Assembly: GCA_013239625.1 (NCBI GenBank)
Contig: MU054049.1
Location: 819,015 to 883,014 of the forward strand
Direction of reading: 5' to 3'
Source: Lama guanicoe
Taxonomy: Eukaryota
Length of the DNA: 64,000 nt
Of the stretch, positions 40,531 through 53,269 are shown one piece after another (the first letter of the stretch is position 1; each line of letters begins with the position of its first letter). Made by a program: the position numbers and the translations under genes. The notes beneath the pieces are model-generated. The model had not been told where the DNA came from. It searched no databases and was given only the letters and a program-made list of their open reading frames with translations.

Positions 40531-41379
40531 AAAAGAGGTCATTCTGGATTTTACTTTCTGACCCACTCCATGAGGAAGCCTTACAGTGACTTCGTTTCCA
40601 AAGTACTTTCAAATCCATCCTTTCCTCTGCATCCCCACTACTGTCCTCCTAGGCAGGCCACCACCACTTCCTGTCTGGCCTTTAAAAGGAGCTTCCTTAC
40701 TGGCTTCCATACATGCCCCACTATCCCTGGGCCATTCTCCACACAGCAGTGAAAGTAGATTGGAGCATGCCATTTCTCTGCTTAAAAGATTTTACCATTA
40801 ACATGCTTCCCATTACGCAAGTCTCAAGTCCAAATTCCCCTCCAGATCTTAGAAGGGCTCCCTGAGGGGTCCTTGCCTGTTTCTCTACTTCATCTTGTCC
40901 CCACTTCCCACACATCTTGCCAGCATTATGCTCTGGGCATACTGGTCACTTAACTCCTTTTTGGCCCCAGGGCCTTTGCACCTGCCACCTCCTCTTTTTG
41001 AAATTCTCCCCACATGCTCTCTCAATAAACACTTTTACTTTGTTGGATGAGCAATACATACTAACCTGTTAACATAGGGATTTTTAATAATCTTTATTTC
41101 ATAGCTGAGGCCCAGAGAGGTTGGGTATATTTTTCAAGACATTTTTGACCAAAAGGTCATAAGCCAACTGGTTCCACCAAAATGTTCTGGCTGGACCATT
41201 GGGAGCCCCATGCATGGTCCTCCAGGCATTACTGTATCCAGGAAAGAGAATAATTTCACTTGATGGGCCTTGATCATGTATCCATCTCACTGCCGAGGGA
41301 TAAGATTGGCTCCAACCAACCCCCCTGGAGTGAGAATGCATGGAGAGGCTCCTCAAAGTGACTGTATCTGTAACAGCCC

Positions 41380-41890
41380 CAGACACAAACCATTCAAGGT
41401 GGTTAAACAGACAAATGGATAAACTATGGCCCATCCAGGCCACGGAGTCCTACTCAGCAATAAAAAGGGATGAACAATTGATATTCACAACAGCCTAGAT
41501 GGATCTCAAGGGTATTGTGCTGAGAGAAAGAAGCCAATCTCAAAAGGTCATATACTGTATGATTCTATTTATATAACATTCTCAAAGTGACAGGATTATA
41601 TACATGGAAAAAAGCTTAGTGGTTGCCAGAGGTTAGGGAATCAAGAGGGCAGGAGGTGGGTGTGATGAACTAAGTCTGTATCTTAAGGGTGGCAACAGAA
41701 ATCCACACATGTGATGAAACATTACAGAATGAAACACATTGTACAAACATCAGTTTCCTGGTTTTGACATTGTGCTACTTTTACTTGAGGTGTAGTAATG
41801 GAGGGAACCTGAAGGAAAGGGTGCGTGGGACCTCTCTGTATCAGTTTTGCAACTTCCTGTGAATTTATTATTTGAAAAGAAAAAGTTTAA
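41380..41890 (+). mobile_element. L1MC-type 3' end
   Basis: ctactcagcaataaaaagggatgaac...aagccaatctcaaaaggtcatatactgtatgattc...gggacctctctgta. Confidence 0.8.
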
Positions 41891-43735
41891 AACATAGAGT
41901 GCAAAATAGTGAATATTCACTAATACCAACTATATATATTCCTAATTTATTATGACTACACATAGAAAATTCTTCTTAGGATGTTAAACCTTTGCTGACT
42001 TATAGTATCACCACATTTTTAAAGATTTCTCTAAAGATCAAAAGGCAAAATGTGTATGATAATTAATAAATAGAAAACATTTAACTAAACATTATTGGAA
42101 CAAATTACATTTTTATTATGATTTTTAAAAGTATAAAATAAATATAACAAATAAACTTGGCAACCCTGGTGCTCATTTTCCATCTAGTGGGCAGAGTCAC
42201 ACCTTGTGCATGGTATGTCCAGAACTACATATATGCATTTAGGAGTCAGTGAATTGTGTAATTGTTTAATATTATGAAATATTTCCAAGCTACTATGTGG
42301 AATCATTGTGCCTGTTGCCCTGATAAGTACCTTTGGGACTATGGATTTGAACTCTAAGTGATGCAAGAGAGTGAATGCTTGGCACTGTTGGGAAATGAGA
42401 TTTTGTTATGGACTTCTGTTAGTATTTTATGTGGATGGATTTTACATTGGATGCAATGAGGATGCTGGTTATAGTTGACGTCAAAGACTTACCACATGCC
42501 AGGTACTGCGACGCCCTCTTGTTGTCCTGACAACAGCCATCTGTGAAGAAGGGTGTTGCTAGGGACCCACTGTTCTGATGAGAAAGCTAAACCTTAAAGA
42601 GCTGAAACGACTTGCCCAAGGCCAGGCAGCTAATCAGGGACGGGGGCAGGACTCACAGCCGGGGCTCTGATCTCAGAGCAGGGGCTTGCAGTCAGGATGC
42701 TGTTTATCTGCCCCTGAACTTAACATGATAAATCATGCATTTCCTCATGGTATTAAAAATAACATCTGAAATGGCACATTCATGACTATATTGTATGTTA
42801 TTTTTAAATCTCCTGAAATTGAACACGTCCCACTGTTTCCAGCAGACAGAGTGCATTTTCACACACAGAGTTGCTTGTATATTTACTTGTATCTCCACAT
42901 CATTCCATTATTGAAAAAAGACTTGAGGTAGATTTATTGAATACTGGGTCACCTCCTTAGGACAGATTCACAGAAGGGTAAGTCAAGTACTTTAAATTGG
43001 GGGTTTTCTAGAGGAAGAAGGCAATCTTTATGGGCCACAGTCACATCCACCGCATTTGGAGCAATCATATCCGCATTTCATGGTTCTCTGGAAGCACGGA
43101 GAGGTACTTCCGCTGCAAGAAAATTGTCTGTAAATGTTCCCTCAGAACTTGAAGTGAACCTGGGGCTGAGGTTTGAGAATTCGAATGTGCTTCCTGGGCT
43201 GGTCCCTCAGTGGGTGTGAGCAGAAAGCAGAAGTGGCCTTGCCTCCCCGCCCCTTCCCCAGACATCAGAATCAGGTCAGCTTCCACCACAGACGGCTCTG
43301 GCGCGGGCAGCTTCCCAGGGCCTCTGGGTGAGCCTGGCCCTGGGTGACCACAGCCTGTTTGGGCCACAGGACCCGGGGGGGGAATCGGTGGTGGGGAGGG
43401 GGCACCTCTCTTGTGGAGCAGGTCCTGCCACTGGGCCCCGCACATCCTCACAGCACCACAGGTCTCCAGGCTCAGGGAGGCCTCCAGGGGCCCGGGGGGC
43501 TGGGGGGGAGGGCCAGCAGCCCCTTTTTAGAGATGTGTGGGTCAAGGCTCCGAGGCGTGACCTGCCCCATCAGCCCTGCTGTTTCTCACCTTTTGTCTCC
43601 TCATCCTCCTCAAAGAGTCCCTACTGTCCTTCTGATGAGCCGCACGGCCGGGAACCTCGCTGGCCCTGGAGCATTGGGGGAGGAGGTGTTTCATTTCCTC
43701 CTAATTTCTTCTTTGATGTAATGGAGAGATAAGCA

Positions 43736-44660
43736 AGTGGTGTGCTGGGAAATGTTTATCAACGGGCTCTCAAAAAATGCATGCATCCATTTATCTATCC
43801 ATCTGTCTATCTGCCGAAGTTTATCACCAATTTTACTGATGTAAAGTATGTGTGGCACAAAATTTACAAATCATAAGAGAACATACAATTTTCTATTGCA
43901 AACCCCATATAGCCAATTGATTCTTCCAGAGTACTTGTGCTACTTTTTGCCAAACTCTTGAATCCGTAGTCAACCTATAGTCTTGATTTAACCATGATTG
44001 GACGAGTGGAGTTGCGTCCTGATCCACAAGGCTTTACCGAGTCATTTATGGTCATTAAATCTGGGATGTAATCTATGTTTCCACTATTTTTCATCCTCAT
44101 ACCGACTATGTTCCTTAAACAGAAACCATTTTCAGCTTTAGCACTGACGTATGTCAGAGTGTTACTCCATTGTCAGCAGCCCCAGTGACTTTGTTGAACT
44201 GGATAATCATTTGCAGACACTGGAAAAATATTTCCTCAAGTTTTTTGTTTTGTTTTGTTTTTGTGTTATGTACAATGCCTTGGCTATCAATCCAGCACAA
44301 TTTAAATTTAATCTACATCACTAAAGTTTTCTCCACTACTTTAATTAAGTCTAATCAACAAAACAATAATTTAAGCACGTGTTTATAGCATCTTCCAGTT
44401 TCCATGGTGTAAATTCTCCCACCATGGCCAATTCTAAAATACCAGCATGATGTCACTAAATGCAGTTCGGAGCTGTGCATTGGGACACCATTACATAGCG
44501 TGCCCACCACACGGACGCACTGGGGCACCAGTGATTGCCAACAGCACAAGAGCAAGACATAACAAAATGAGTTGATCTTGATTGTTTACTACCTTTGCTT
44601 TAAATATTATTTGTTTATTGATATTTATATAAGTTATATAATTTGAATTTACAGTTTTAC
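43736..44660. mobile_element. MER63-like hAT DNA transposon
   Basis: Starts agtggtgtgctgggaaatgtttatcaac; internal ttccatggtgtaaattctcccaccatggccaatt. Confidence 0.65.
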
Positions 44661-45640
44661 TGACACAGGAGTATTTTTCCTCTCTCTGAGTCAATCATGT
44701 TTCTTGGTTCTACAGTGAATATTAAGTTGGAAACCACAGTATTGTCAATGTTGTTTATTAGTTTTCTAGTTTTTAGAGTCAACTTATTGACAAAGCGTAT
44801 AGGAGACTTAGTTCGCGAACACAAATATTTCAAACCATGATGATATGAAAATAATAGTATGAGAAACAAAAATGGGGGAAGAGAGAGGAAGGAAGAATAA
44901 CGAAGCTAACTAAGAATGACTAATCTTTGTCTTACAGAGCAGCAAATACTGTCTTAATTTAGTCCATATAAGACTGACCAAACTATTTAAAGTCAGAAAG
45001 GCAATTACTGGAAGAAATTACAAAAATGCAATGAACAAAGCTGGAAAGGTCACATTTAGAGGAATAAAGTAAAGATATAATTACAAATCAGGAAGGTGTA
45101 TGGGAAAGGAAGAAGAAAATAGTGTAGGCACTCTAACTTTCTTATTTTTCATGTCTTCAGGTGCAAAGTTAATCCTAAATTAGAAGGATTCAAGTTGTAA
45201 TGGTAACCATTAGAAGATCTAAAAACAATCGCTTTTAGTGATGATTTGGACCAAGGGGAAAACGATCATGGGAAAATGATCACAGGCAAAAGGGAAACCA
45301 CTTTTTACATTTTTGTAAGCTGAATTTTACTTCCATGTTCAGGTGTAATTTTATAATTGAAAAAGAGAACCCATAAGTACTGTTAAAATAACAAAAACAG
45401 AACAAAACAACTTCTGCTTCCTCTTGCCTGGACCTGTCAACTTTGCAGTCATACTTTTTACAGGATAGTTTGAGTTCGACCACATGTGCAAACATCCTGA
45501 GAGGCCTGAAGCCACATTTAATCCCTCTGTCCCCTTCCCATGGCCTTGCCCTGCCAGACAGGGGGATTCTCTAGTTACACGGGGGAGTGGCCACGTTTTG
45601 TGCTTGTCTACACCACACATATTCATAACGTGCTAAACTG

Positions 45641-45854
45641 CACTTTGCCGTGTGTGGAATAAATTTATGTGTGTGGAAAGGAAGACCCAGGGCAGTTAGA
45701 CGCCTTGCTCAGAACTCTAAGGTTTAATGGCTTAGATCACTTTGCCGTATGGGGTTATTACTTATCCCTCATTACGCTAAATTTATGTGTGTGGAAAGGA
45801 AGGCCCAGGGCAGTTAGACGCCTTGCTCAGAACTCTAAGGTTTAATGGCTTAGA
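45641..45854. repeat. Local tandem duplication (77-bp core twice, plus an 11-bp leader twice)
   Basis: 45660-45736 and 45778-45854 are identical except for one substitution; cactttgccgt at 45641-45651 and 45738-45748. Confidence 0.95.
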
Positions 45855-47669
45855 CTGGCAGGTTCCTGTTCTTGGTAGTGAAGGATTAGGGTGGTTAGAC
45901 CAGTATCATCCGGGGCATCATCCCTCCTCCCGCCCAGGATATGCAGCGCTACCCTAAGTAAGAAGTTGAGGATACCTAAGGCTCTCACCTTAGATACCCT
46001 GCATCATCAGGGGGCAGTGTGCAGCCTGGAGGGGAGGGTTTCCTTCCCCGCAGTTCAGGGGCAGGGTGGGGGGCTGGAAGGAAGCTACCCCCCTCTTGTC
46101 TTTCCTTTGAGGTCCCTTGAACTGTACTCTGCAGAGAGTCACAGATGTGCCCCCAAGTGGAGCCCCGATGGGAAGGAGAGAGTCCCCTGACCTGCCGGCT
46201 TCACACACATTCTATTTAATTCTTGTGAAAACACAATCCGTATGAAACAGCGGTATTTGTCTTTATTTTCAGAGAAGGACACAGTCTCAGTGTGGTTAAG
46301 GAATGTACCGGAGATCACCCTCTCCCTCCTGCTCTCCCCCACCCGCCCCCCAGCAAGGTGGGGCTGGTCCTCAGCTGTCCCTTCCTCTGTCAGTCCTTGC
46401 GGCTGCGGGAGTGGTGCTCTCGGGAGGGAGGTGGCCGGGTCCACGTGGGCTCAGAGCCTCCGGTGGGCACAGCTGCAGCCCTGCCCCTGCCGATGTTTGC
46501 AGCCCACGCACTTTCTTTGCAGGGCACGTCCGGGAGCCGTGCCCTAGCGGAGGCCCACAGGGGCCACAGGCCAGCTGGCAAGGTGGCTACTGAAGTGTGG
46601 ACCAGCCCTACCTGCAGTGCTTCCTGCCCCCCGCTTCCCCTGTAACTGAAAGCTGCTGTTGGAGAGGGTTATGCGAAAGCAGGGCCCCCAGGATGACTGT
46701 GGAAGCATTAGGCTCTGCACCCTGTGACAGAGGATCTGCGGACCTCAGGAGTGACCCTGGGACATGGAGAAAGGTGCTTCCCTCCTTTTACATCATCTCA
46801 TCCAACTTGGCAGGAGCTGGGAGGGAGGGTCCCCTGGAGAGAGGTATCCGACCTTGACCGAGTTCACACCTCCAAGAACGGAAGCTCGCTGCTCTTTCTG
46901 CTCCACCACCCTGCCTCTCCGTGCTGTTCCCCAGGGAGCACTGCTAACCTCACCCAGCCCTTCTCACCACCAACCCACCAACCTTAGCCTCCCAGGCCTT
47001 GGGGTCTCTCTCGCCTCCTCCAGGGTTAAGCAGAGCAGCATCTCACGCAGCATCTCCTGCTCAAGGAGAGGACATGCTTAGCTGTCTGGTGGTGACTGGC
47101 TGCAGGGTGACTTCTTTGGGGCATGAGCATCTGGCAGGGTGGGTGGCTGTAAGGAGCGCTGATGAGACAGCCTTCCCTGCACTCCCCCCACCCCACCCCG
47201 TGGCCCCCCATGTGGTTGTAGTCGAGTCAGCCAGTTTTGCTCAATGTGAGCTGGCCGGGCATTCCTGCCACCAGCGATTGTTCTGACTGCGGGACTGACT
47301 TCAGGGGCCCATAGTGACCTAATCACAGTCACTTCCCAGGTCCCAGCCAGGCCACATTTGGTTGGTCCAAACGGAGATGGAGAGTAGGGAGCACCTGTGG
47401 GAGGCTTGACCTCCCTCAGGTGAGGGAAGACACTCAGGAGCCAGGTGGGGCCGTGTTCTGCTGTGAGTGCTGTGAGGCAGGGAAGGTGCCGGTCAGACTC
47501 TGATGGGAGGGGCAAGAGGGCAGCACCTCCTGCTCACTTAGGGCATGTCGGCCACTCCCACCAAAACCTACCCAGGGAGGTGTGTGGGAGCAGCACCGAG
47601 AGTCCAGCTAGCCGGGGGCTGAGGGCACACCTCCTGTCCAGACCCTTCCTGGCGCTTCACTAAGGACAG

Positions 47670-48600
47670 CAGAGAAAAGTCTCTTCTCCAGAAACTTTGT
47701 CTTCATCCTCTGCCCAGGGCTGCCTCCAAGATGTGGAAGCCACTGTACCCAGACACCACCACCAGCATGCGCCATCCTCATTCAGTGTTTGCCCAGGGAG
47801 TTGGTCCTGGTTGTCGCTCAGGTATCTGAGGGTGTATATCAGATCCTTGGGTACCACTTCCCTACTTCATCCTCCCGGTTACCATCTGGGAGAGCTGAAC
47901 ATAGCTCCATCCATTGCTTCCCATGGAACTTGTGCTGGGACCACTGGCCTCCTGCACGTTCCCAGCGGGCCTCCAACACCTGACCCTCAGGATGTCTCCC
48001 TGTTCCCGCCCATCTGCTTCTCTGGCCTCCCCCAGCGCCATCTCCTGGCACCCTCTGTCCTCTTGGTGTTGGGGGAAGGGCTTGCTGACTGTCTTCAAGG
48101 TGCTTGATGCTGCTCTCATGTCCCTTCTTCAACTGGATGGTAAATTCTTCTCGGACCCTCCCTGGGGAGGAGGGGCCGAGGGTTCTCTGTACTTGGTAAG
48201 GGTGGGATGCGGCCTTTGGAAATGGAAAAGCAACCCATCCTGGATGAGGAAGAATTTTGTAAGGGCCACCATCCGAAGGTCTTGCTGCGCCATCCTTCTG
48301 CCACCACGTTTGTCCCAGATTCACCTGGGACCCAAATGGTTATTCTGGGATACGCACAAATGCAGCATGTTCTTCCCCTCTTTCTGCCCATCCCCCCTTC
48401 CTTCTTCCACACTCCTCACTAGGCAGCTGCCGCAGCTGTGGTTGACCTAGTACGATGACCAGAGGGCAGTCCACACCTTCCATCGCACAGCCCCATGCAC
48501 TTGTGAAATGAACTTGTGTTTTATTTTGGTTTCCTTTCAGGGGCAACATGCCCCCCTGCTCGGCTGTGTCTGCTCCTACTGGCACCACCTTGGACCCCCG
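47670..48600 (-). mobile_element. Possible ancient Gypsy (Gmr1-like / MamGyp-int-like) internal fossil: zinc knuckle, protease C-terminus, integrase
   Basis: Minus-strand peptides in successive frames: GPRWCQ*EQTQPSRGACCP (knuckle-like), EGVDCPLVIVLG (protease C-terminus-like), FFLIQDGLLFHF, LLPRE...GHESSIKHL (integrase HH-like), WMELCSALP (cf. MDLVGPLP), YTLRY (cf. DYATRYPE), DE/TKFL (cf. DQGTNF). The order fits, but the sequence is heavily degenerate and recognised by eye only. Confidence 0.4.
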
Positions 48601-48877
48601 CTCTCCATGCTGACTGTCCTCGGGTTCTCACTGGGGGTCTGGCTCCCTGGCCTTGAGCCTGGCATCTCCTTGGGACTCAATGGCTTGGTGGCCACCTCTT
48701 TAGAACTATGTACCTGCCAGATGCTTTGGGAATCCTCTTTATTTTCTTCCTTTAACATTTATTTAATTTTTTTTTCTTGCATGTGGATAATGGATTCATT
48801 TGGCTGTTACTGAGTTGTGAGACATGATCTAATTTTATTTTTTCATATATATCTCTCTGGTTATCTTAACATCACTT

Positions 48878-49195
48878 TTTAAAAAAAGTGAAGTATGGTT
48901 GATGTACAATGTTGTGTTAGTTTCAGGGGTACAGCAAAGTGATTCAGTTATATACATATATATATATATATATTCTTTTTCAGATTCTTTTCCATTATAG
49001 GTTATTATAAGTTATTGAATATACTTCCCTTTATCATACAGTAGGTCCTTGTTTATCTATTTTACATGTAGTAGTGTGTAAATATTAATCCCAAACTCCT
49101 AATTTACCCCCCACCCCCACCCTTTCCTCTTTGGTAACCGTAAGTTTGTTTTCTATGTCTGTAAGTCCACTTCTGTTTTGTAAAAAATTTCATTT
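48878..49195 (-). mobile_element. L1 3' end with near-perfect TSD
   Basis: gtacagcaaagtgattcagttatata...ttccattataggttattataag; flanked by ttaacatcactt / ttaacaccactt. Confidence 0.8.
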
Positions 49196-49419
49196 TTAAC
49201 ACCACTTGTTAATAGTCCATCTTTCCTTACTGATTGGAGATGTCAGTTTTAAGTATTCTAAATTCGTGTATGTAATTGAGGCTGTTTCTGGATCTTCTAT
49301 TTTGTTCCATTGTTCTCTTTGTTTACCCATGTGTGGGCGCTGTTTCTATGACAGAAGAGTCAGAGTATATTTTAGTTTCTGGTAGACCTAACCTTTCTTT
49401 CTTGCTCTCTCTTTCTCTT

Positions 49420-50370
49420 TAAAAACAAAGTTTTATTATGGAAAAATTTGAGTATATTCAAAGTAAACATGATGATATAATGAACCCGTATACCCATGGT
49501 TCAACTTCAGCCTTGACTAACATTTTGTCATTTTTAATTCATTCATACCTCCACCCATTCCCTTCTCAGTTGTTCATTTAGTTTTTTTTTTAATGTAACA
49601 TTTTATGCGTATTGAACTGCTCAAGTCTTAACTGCATGATTAAAAAAATTTATTCCACCTGTGTAACCCATACCTCTATCAAGAAATGAAATATTTTCCT
49701 CACTTCAGTAAGTTCCTTTGTGCCCCTTTCCAGTCAATACCTTCTTCCCGGAGGCAACCACTGTTCTGATTTTTTTTTCTCCTTTAGATTAATTTTGTCT
49801 GTTGGAGAATTTCATATAAATGGAATCACAGAACTCATTTTTTGTGCGTGGCTTCCTGCAGTCCCTAAGGTCTGTGAGATTCATCCATGCTGAAGGGTGG
49901 CTTGATAGTAAGATCTTTTATTGCTGAGTAAAATCCCATTGTGTAAACATACCCTGATTTGAAACATACCATAGTTATTCATTATCCAGCTGTTGGACAT
50001 TTGGGTTGTTTCTGGTTATTAGCAGTCATGAAAAAAGCTGTTATGAATGCTCATGCATGAACTTTGTGTGGACATGTGTTTTCATTCATTCATCTTGGGT
50101 AAGCACATGGGTAGGGAATTGCTGAGTCACATAATAAGTGTACATTTATAAGACACTGCTAAACTGTTTGCAAAAGTAGCTGTATCATTATATATTCCCT
50201 CTAGCAATATAGGAGCATTCCAAGTTGCTCCAAATCCTATAAAATCTTTAAAAGCTTAGCCATTCAAGTGGGTGTATTGAGGAATTTCAATATGGTGTTA
50301 ATTTGCACTTACCTGGTAATTAACAATATTAAGCACCTTTTCATGTACTTTGGCCATTTGTGTATATTTA

Positions 50371-50402
<32 letters not shown>

Positions 50403-51330
50403 CACATACATATGTATAGTGTTATAAATTAAAATATATTTTTGGTATCTAAGTCTTTTGTCCATTTTTATTGCATTATTTAGCTTTTTTTTTTTGGAGA
50501 TTCCTCAAAAGACTAAAAATTGATTTACCATCTGATCCAGTGGAGATCACTCCTGAGCTTATATCCAGAGGGAAATTAAATTTGAAAAAATACATGCATC
50601 CCAATATTCATAGCAGCACTATATACAATAGCCAAGACATGGAAACAACTTAAATGTCCATCAACAGATGAGTGAATAACGAAGATGAGATATATTTGTA
50701 CAACAAAATACTACTGAGCCATAAAAAATAATAAAATAACGCCATGTGCAGCAACATGGATGGACCTGAAGATTGTGATTATTTAGCTTTTAATTATTGA
50801 TTTGTTGGTGCTCTTTATTTGTTCTGGATCCTTCCTGTCAGATATAGGGTTTGTGTATGTTTTATCCCAGTCTGTGACTTGCCTTTTCATTTCCTAACAG
50901 TTGGAAATGTTTTCTTTTATAAAAGTATTGCTCTCTGTGTCCTGTCCAAGAATCCTTTCCCTACTCTCAGGTTGCCCTGACACTCCTCTGTTTCTCTTAG
51001 AAGCATAATGGCTTTAGCTTTTTCATTTCAATCTAAGAAATACTTTGATTTTTCTTTTTTGTATGTGGTATGAGGTAGGAGTTGAGACTAATTAATTTTT
51101 GTCATGGATATCCATGTTGTTTCAACACTGTCTCTCTTTTTAAATTGAAGTATAGTTGATTTACAATGTTGTGTTAATTTCTGGTGTACAGCATAGTGAT
51201 TCAGTTGTACATATATGTTCTTTTCATGTTCTTTTTTATTATAGGCTATTACAAGATATTGAATAGAGTTCCCTGTGCTGAAAGGTAGGACCTTATTCAT
51301 CTATTCAACACCATTTCTTGAAAAGGCTTT
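49420..51330 (-). mobile_element. Old antisense L1 cluster, including a young L1 3' end at ~51135-51305
   Basis: gaggcaaccactgttctgatt...catataaatggaatcacag...ttggacatttgggttgtttc; young piece tttttaaattgaagtatagttgatttacaatg flanked by ttcaacac on both sides. Confidence 0.8.
50475..50791 (-). mobile_element. Inverted L1 insertion: TSD, poly(T), oppositely oriented ORF2-end fragment, TSD
   Basis: 14-bp TSD attatttagctttt at 50475-50488 and 50778-50791; T-run 50485-50495; 50495-50777 is + strand L1 ORF2 end (WRFLKRLKIDLPSDP...). Confidence 0.8.
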
Positions 51331-53269
51331 GGTTTCTCATGAATCTTTTTGAAGAATATTTCCTTTTGCTTTCTTATTACCAGAAGCTGCACTCACTCCA
51401 CTTTTAAGCCTGCTCCTCAGTGATGTGCTTACTGTGGCCCCATGAGATCTCCCCCCAAGCTGAGAATCTTTAGGGAGGACTAATTTCTATCAGTGCCACA
51501 TCAATGGTGTGAAGGCATAAAGGCACTCAGAATTAAACGGAAGTGTCAGCTGTCTATTCCTACTTCCCTAAAATAAAACCGTTTTGGTATGACAGGTGTG
51601 TGGCTGTGTATAGAGGCTGAGATCTGTATGGTGTGTGTGTGTGTTGTGTGTGTGATGTCTGTGAACTCCCCATGGACAGACTGGATCTTATCACCCCAGG
51701 CATCTCACACAGTGTCAGTCACATGGTGGTGCTGAGGGGACAGGAGTGGAATAAATGAAAGTGTCAATCATGAGAGCCCTTATCCAATGCCTTACTGAAG
51801 CTTCCATCCCTAGTGATACAGTATCTTCTCATCCACCAAAGATAAGTGAGTTTAGCCTAAATGTTGTTCTTAGGTTGAAAGCTCCTTGGAAAGCGTTCTT
51901 ATTTATTACTTGTGCCTGCGGGACCCAGCTTAGGACTTGGTCCTGGTGAATCATTATGGTGATTGAAATGGGTTGAATGGCCTGCATTTAACTGAATAGT
52001 AGCTTGTGAGCATTCTTTTATCTTCTTGATGGGCTTTTCGTTTTTTTTAGCTTTATGTTAATACGACCAAATGGAGTTGAAGATTCTACCCTCCAGTTAT
52101 CTTTTGAAAATTAGGGAAGTGTTTACCCATTTGTAATTTTCCAATTCTCTCTCCCAAGACTTCTCCAAGTCTCCCCATGTCACCAGCAGTAGTGAGCATT
52201 GCTCCTGTGGGCTCCAGGTGCCCCGGGAGGTGTTGTCCATTTGCTCCTGGACTCACATCCTCTGTCTCTGGGGAAATATTGGTTGGATTCCCTCTCTTTT
52301 GCTAGAGTTTATCATAATCCTCACAGGGAATGTGGAAACCCAACTAGTTCCAAGGAAGTTGCTTTCTCTCCATGTTTTTAAAAAACATCCCCCTGTTATG
52401 TAAACAATCTTCCTTCTTCTTGACCCCAAATTTCCGTAATAATGAACTGGGAAATTGTTTATGATGAATTAAGTGAAAAAAGACCCTCAAGAGGTTATGA
52501 AGCAGAATTTATGTCCTGCTTTTAAATTTGTTTAAAAAAATTAAGATCAAAGAAATATACTCTGGTAAATATGGAATAAAAGAATGAATTGCTGTTCTCA
52601 ACATGGCTACGGCTTAGCTGTTTAAGGTATTCAGGGTATTGATAATTTTATTTTATTTCCTATTCCTCATACTTTTTTGCATCACATATAAAATTAACAT
52701 GGTTTATTTTAAAAGTCAGGAAACTACTGTTAACTTTTTTTTTTTTTGTATATTGTTCTTAGATCATAAGCTCTCTGAAGGCAGAGCTGGTAGCCTACCG
52801 CAGTGCATTCTCCACCAATAATAGGTTAAGGCTGACACATGACAGGGCTGCACATCCCAGCCTTCCTTGACGATAGATATGACCATGTGATTACAATGAA
52901 ATATGAGCCAAGGTGATACATGCCACCTACGAGCTGGGCTTCTAGGAGTGGACATGTGCCTTGTTCTCTCTCTTTCTCCTTTTGCTGATTGGATGCAGAT
53001 GACAGCAACACTCTAGGGGACAAAGGACTTTGTGTTCGTGAATCATTATATATGGGAGAATAACCTGCCCACCAGAACAGCTGTTGTAGGAAATAATCCT
53101 ACAGAAGCTTCGCCTTAATTTGTCTCTGTTTCTCTAGAGTCTAGCTGGGATCTGGCCCAGAATAGATGCTTAGGGTGAGTTTGTTCATCAGAACTGAACT
53201 TCAGCTTTCCTGACATCTGCATCACAAAGCTATACATAAAGTATCACAACTTTTTATTGCTCCCTTGAG

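Noticed and set aside
45641..45854. Repeat-spacer-repeat layout reminiscent of CRISPR
   Set aside because: Mammalian DNA, only two 77-bp units and no cas genes; it is a local duplication.
47839..48450. 161-aa and 178-aa ORFs as intact genes
   Set aside because: The only recognisable motifs are scattered over different minus-strand frames, consistent with a decayed element rather than a maintained CDS.
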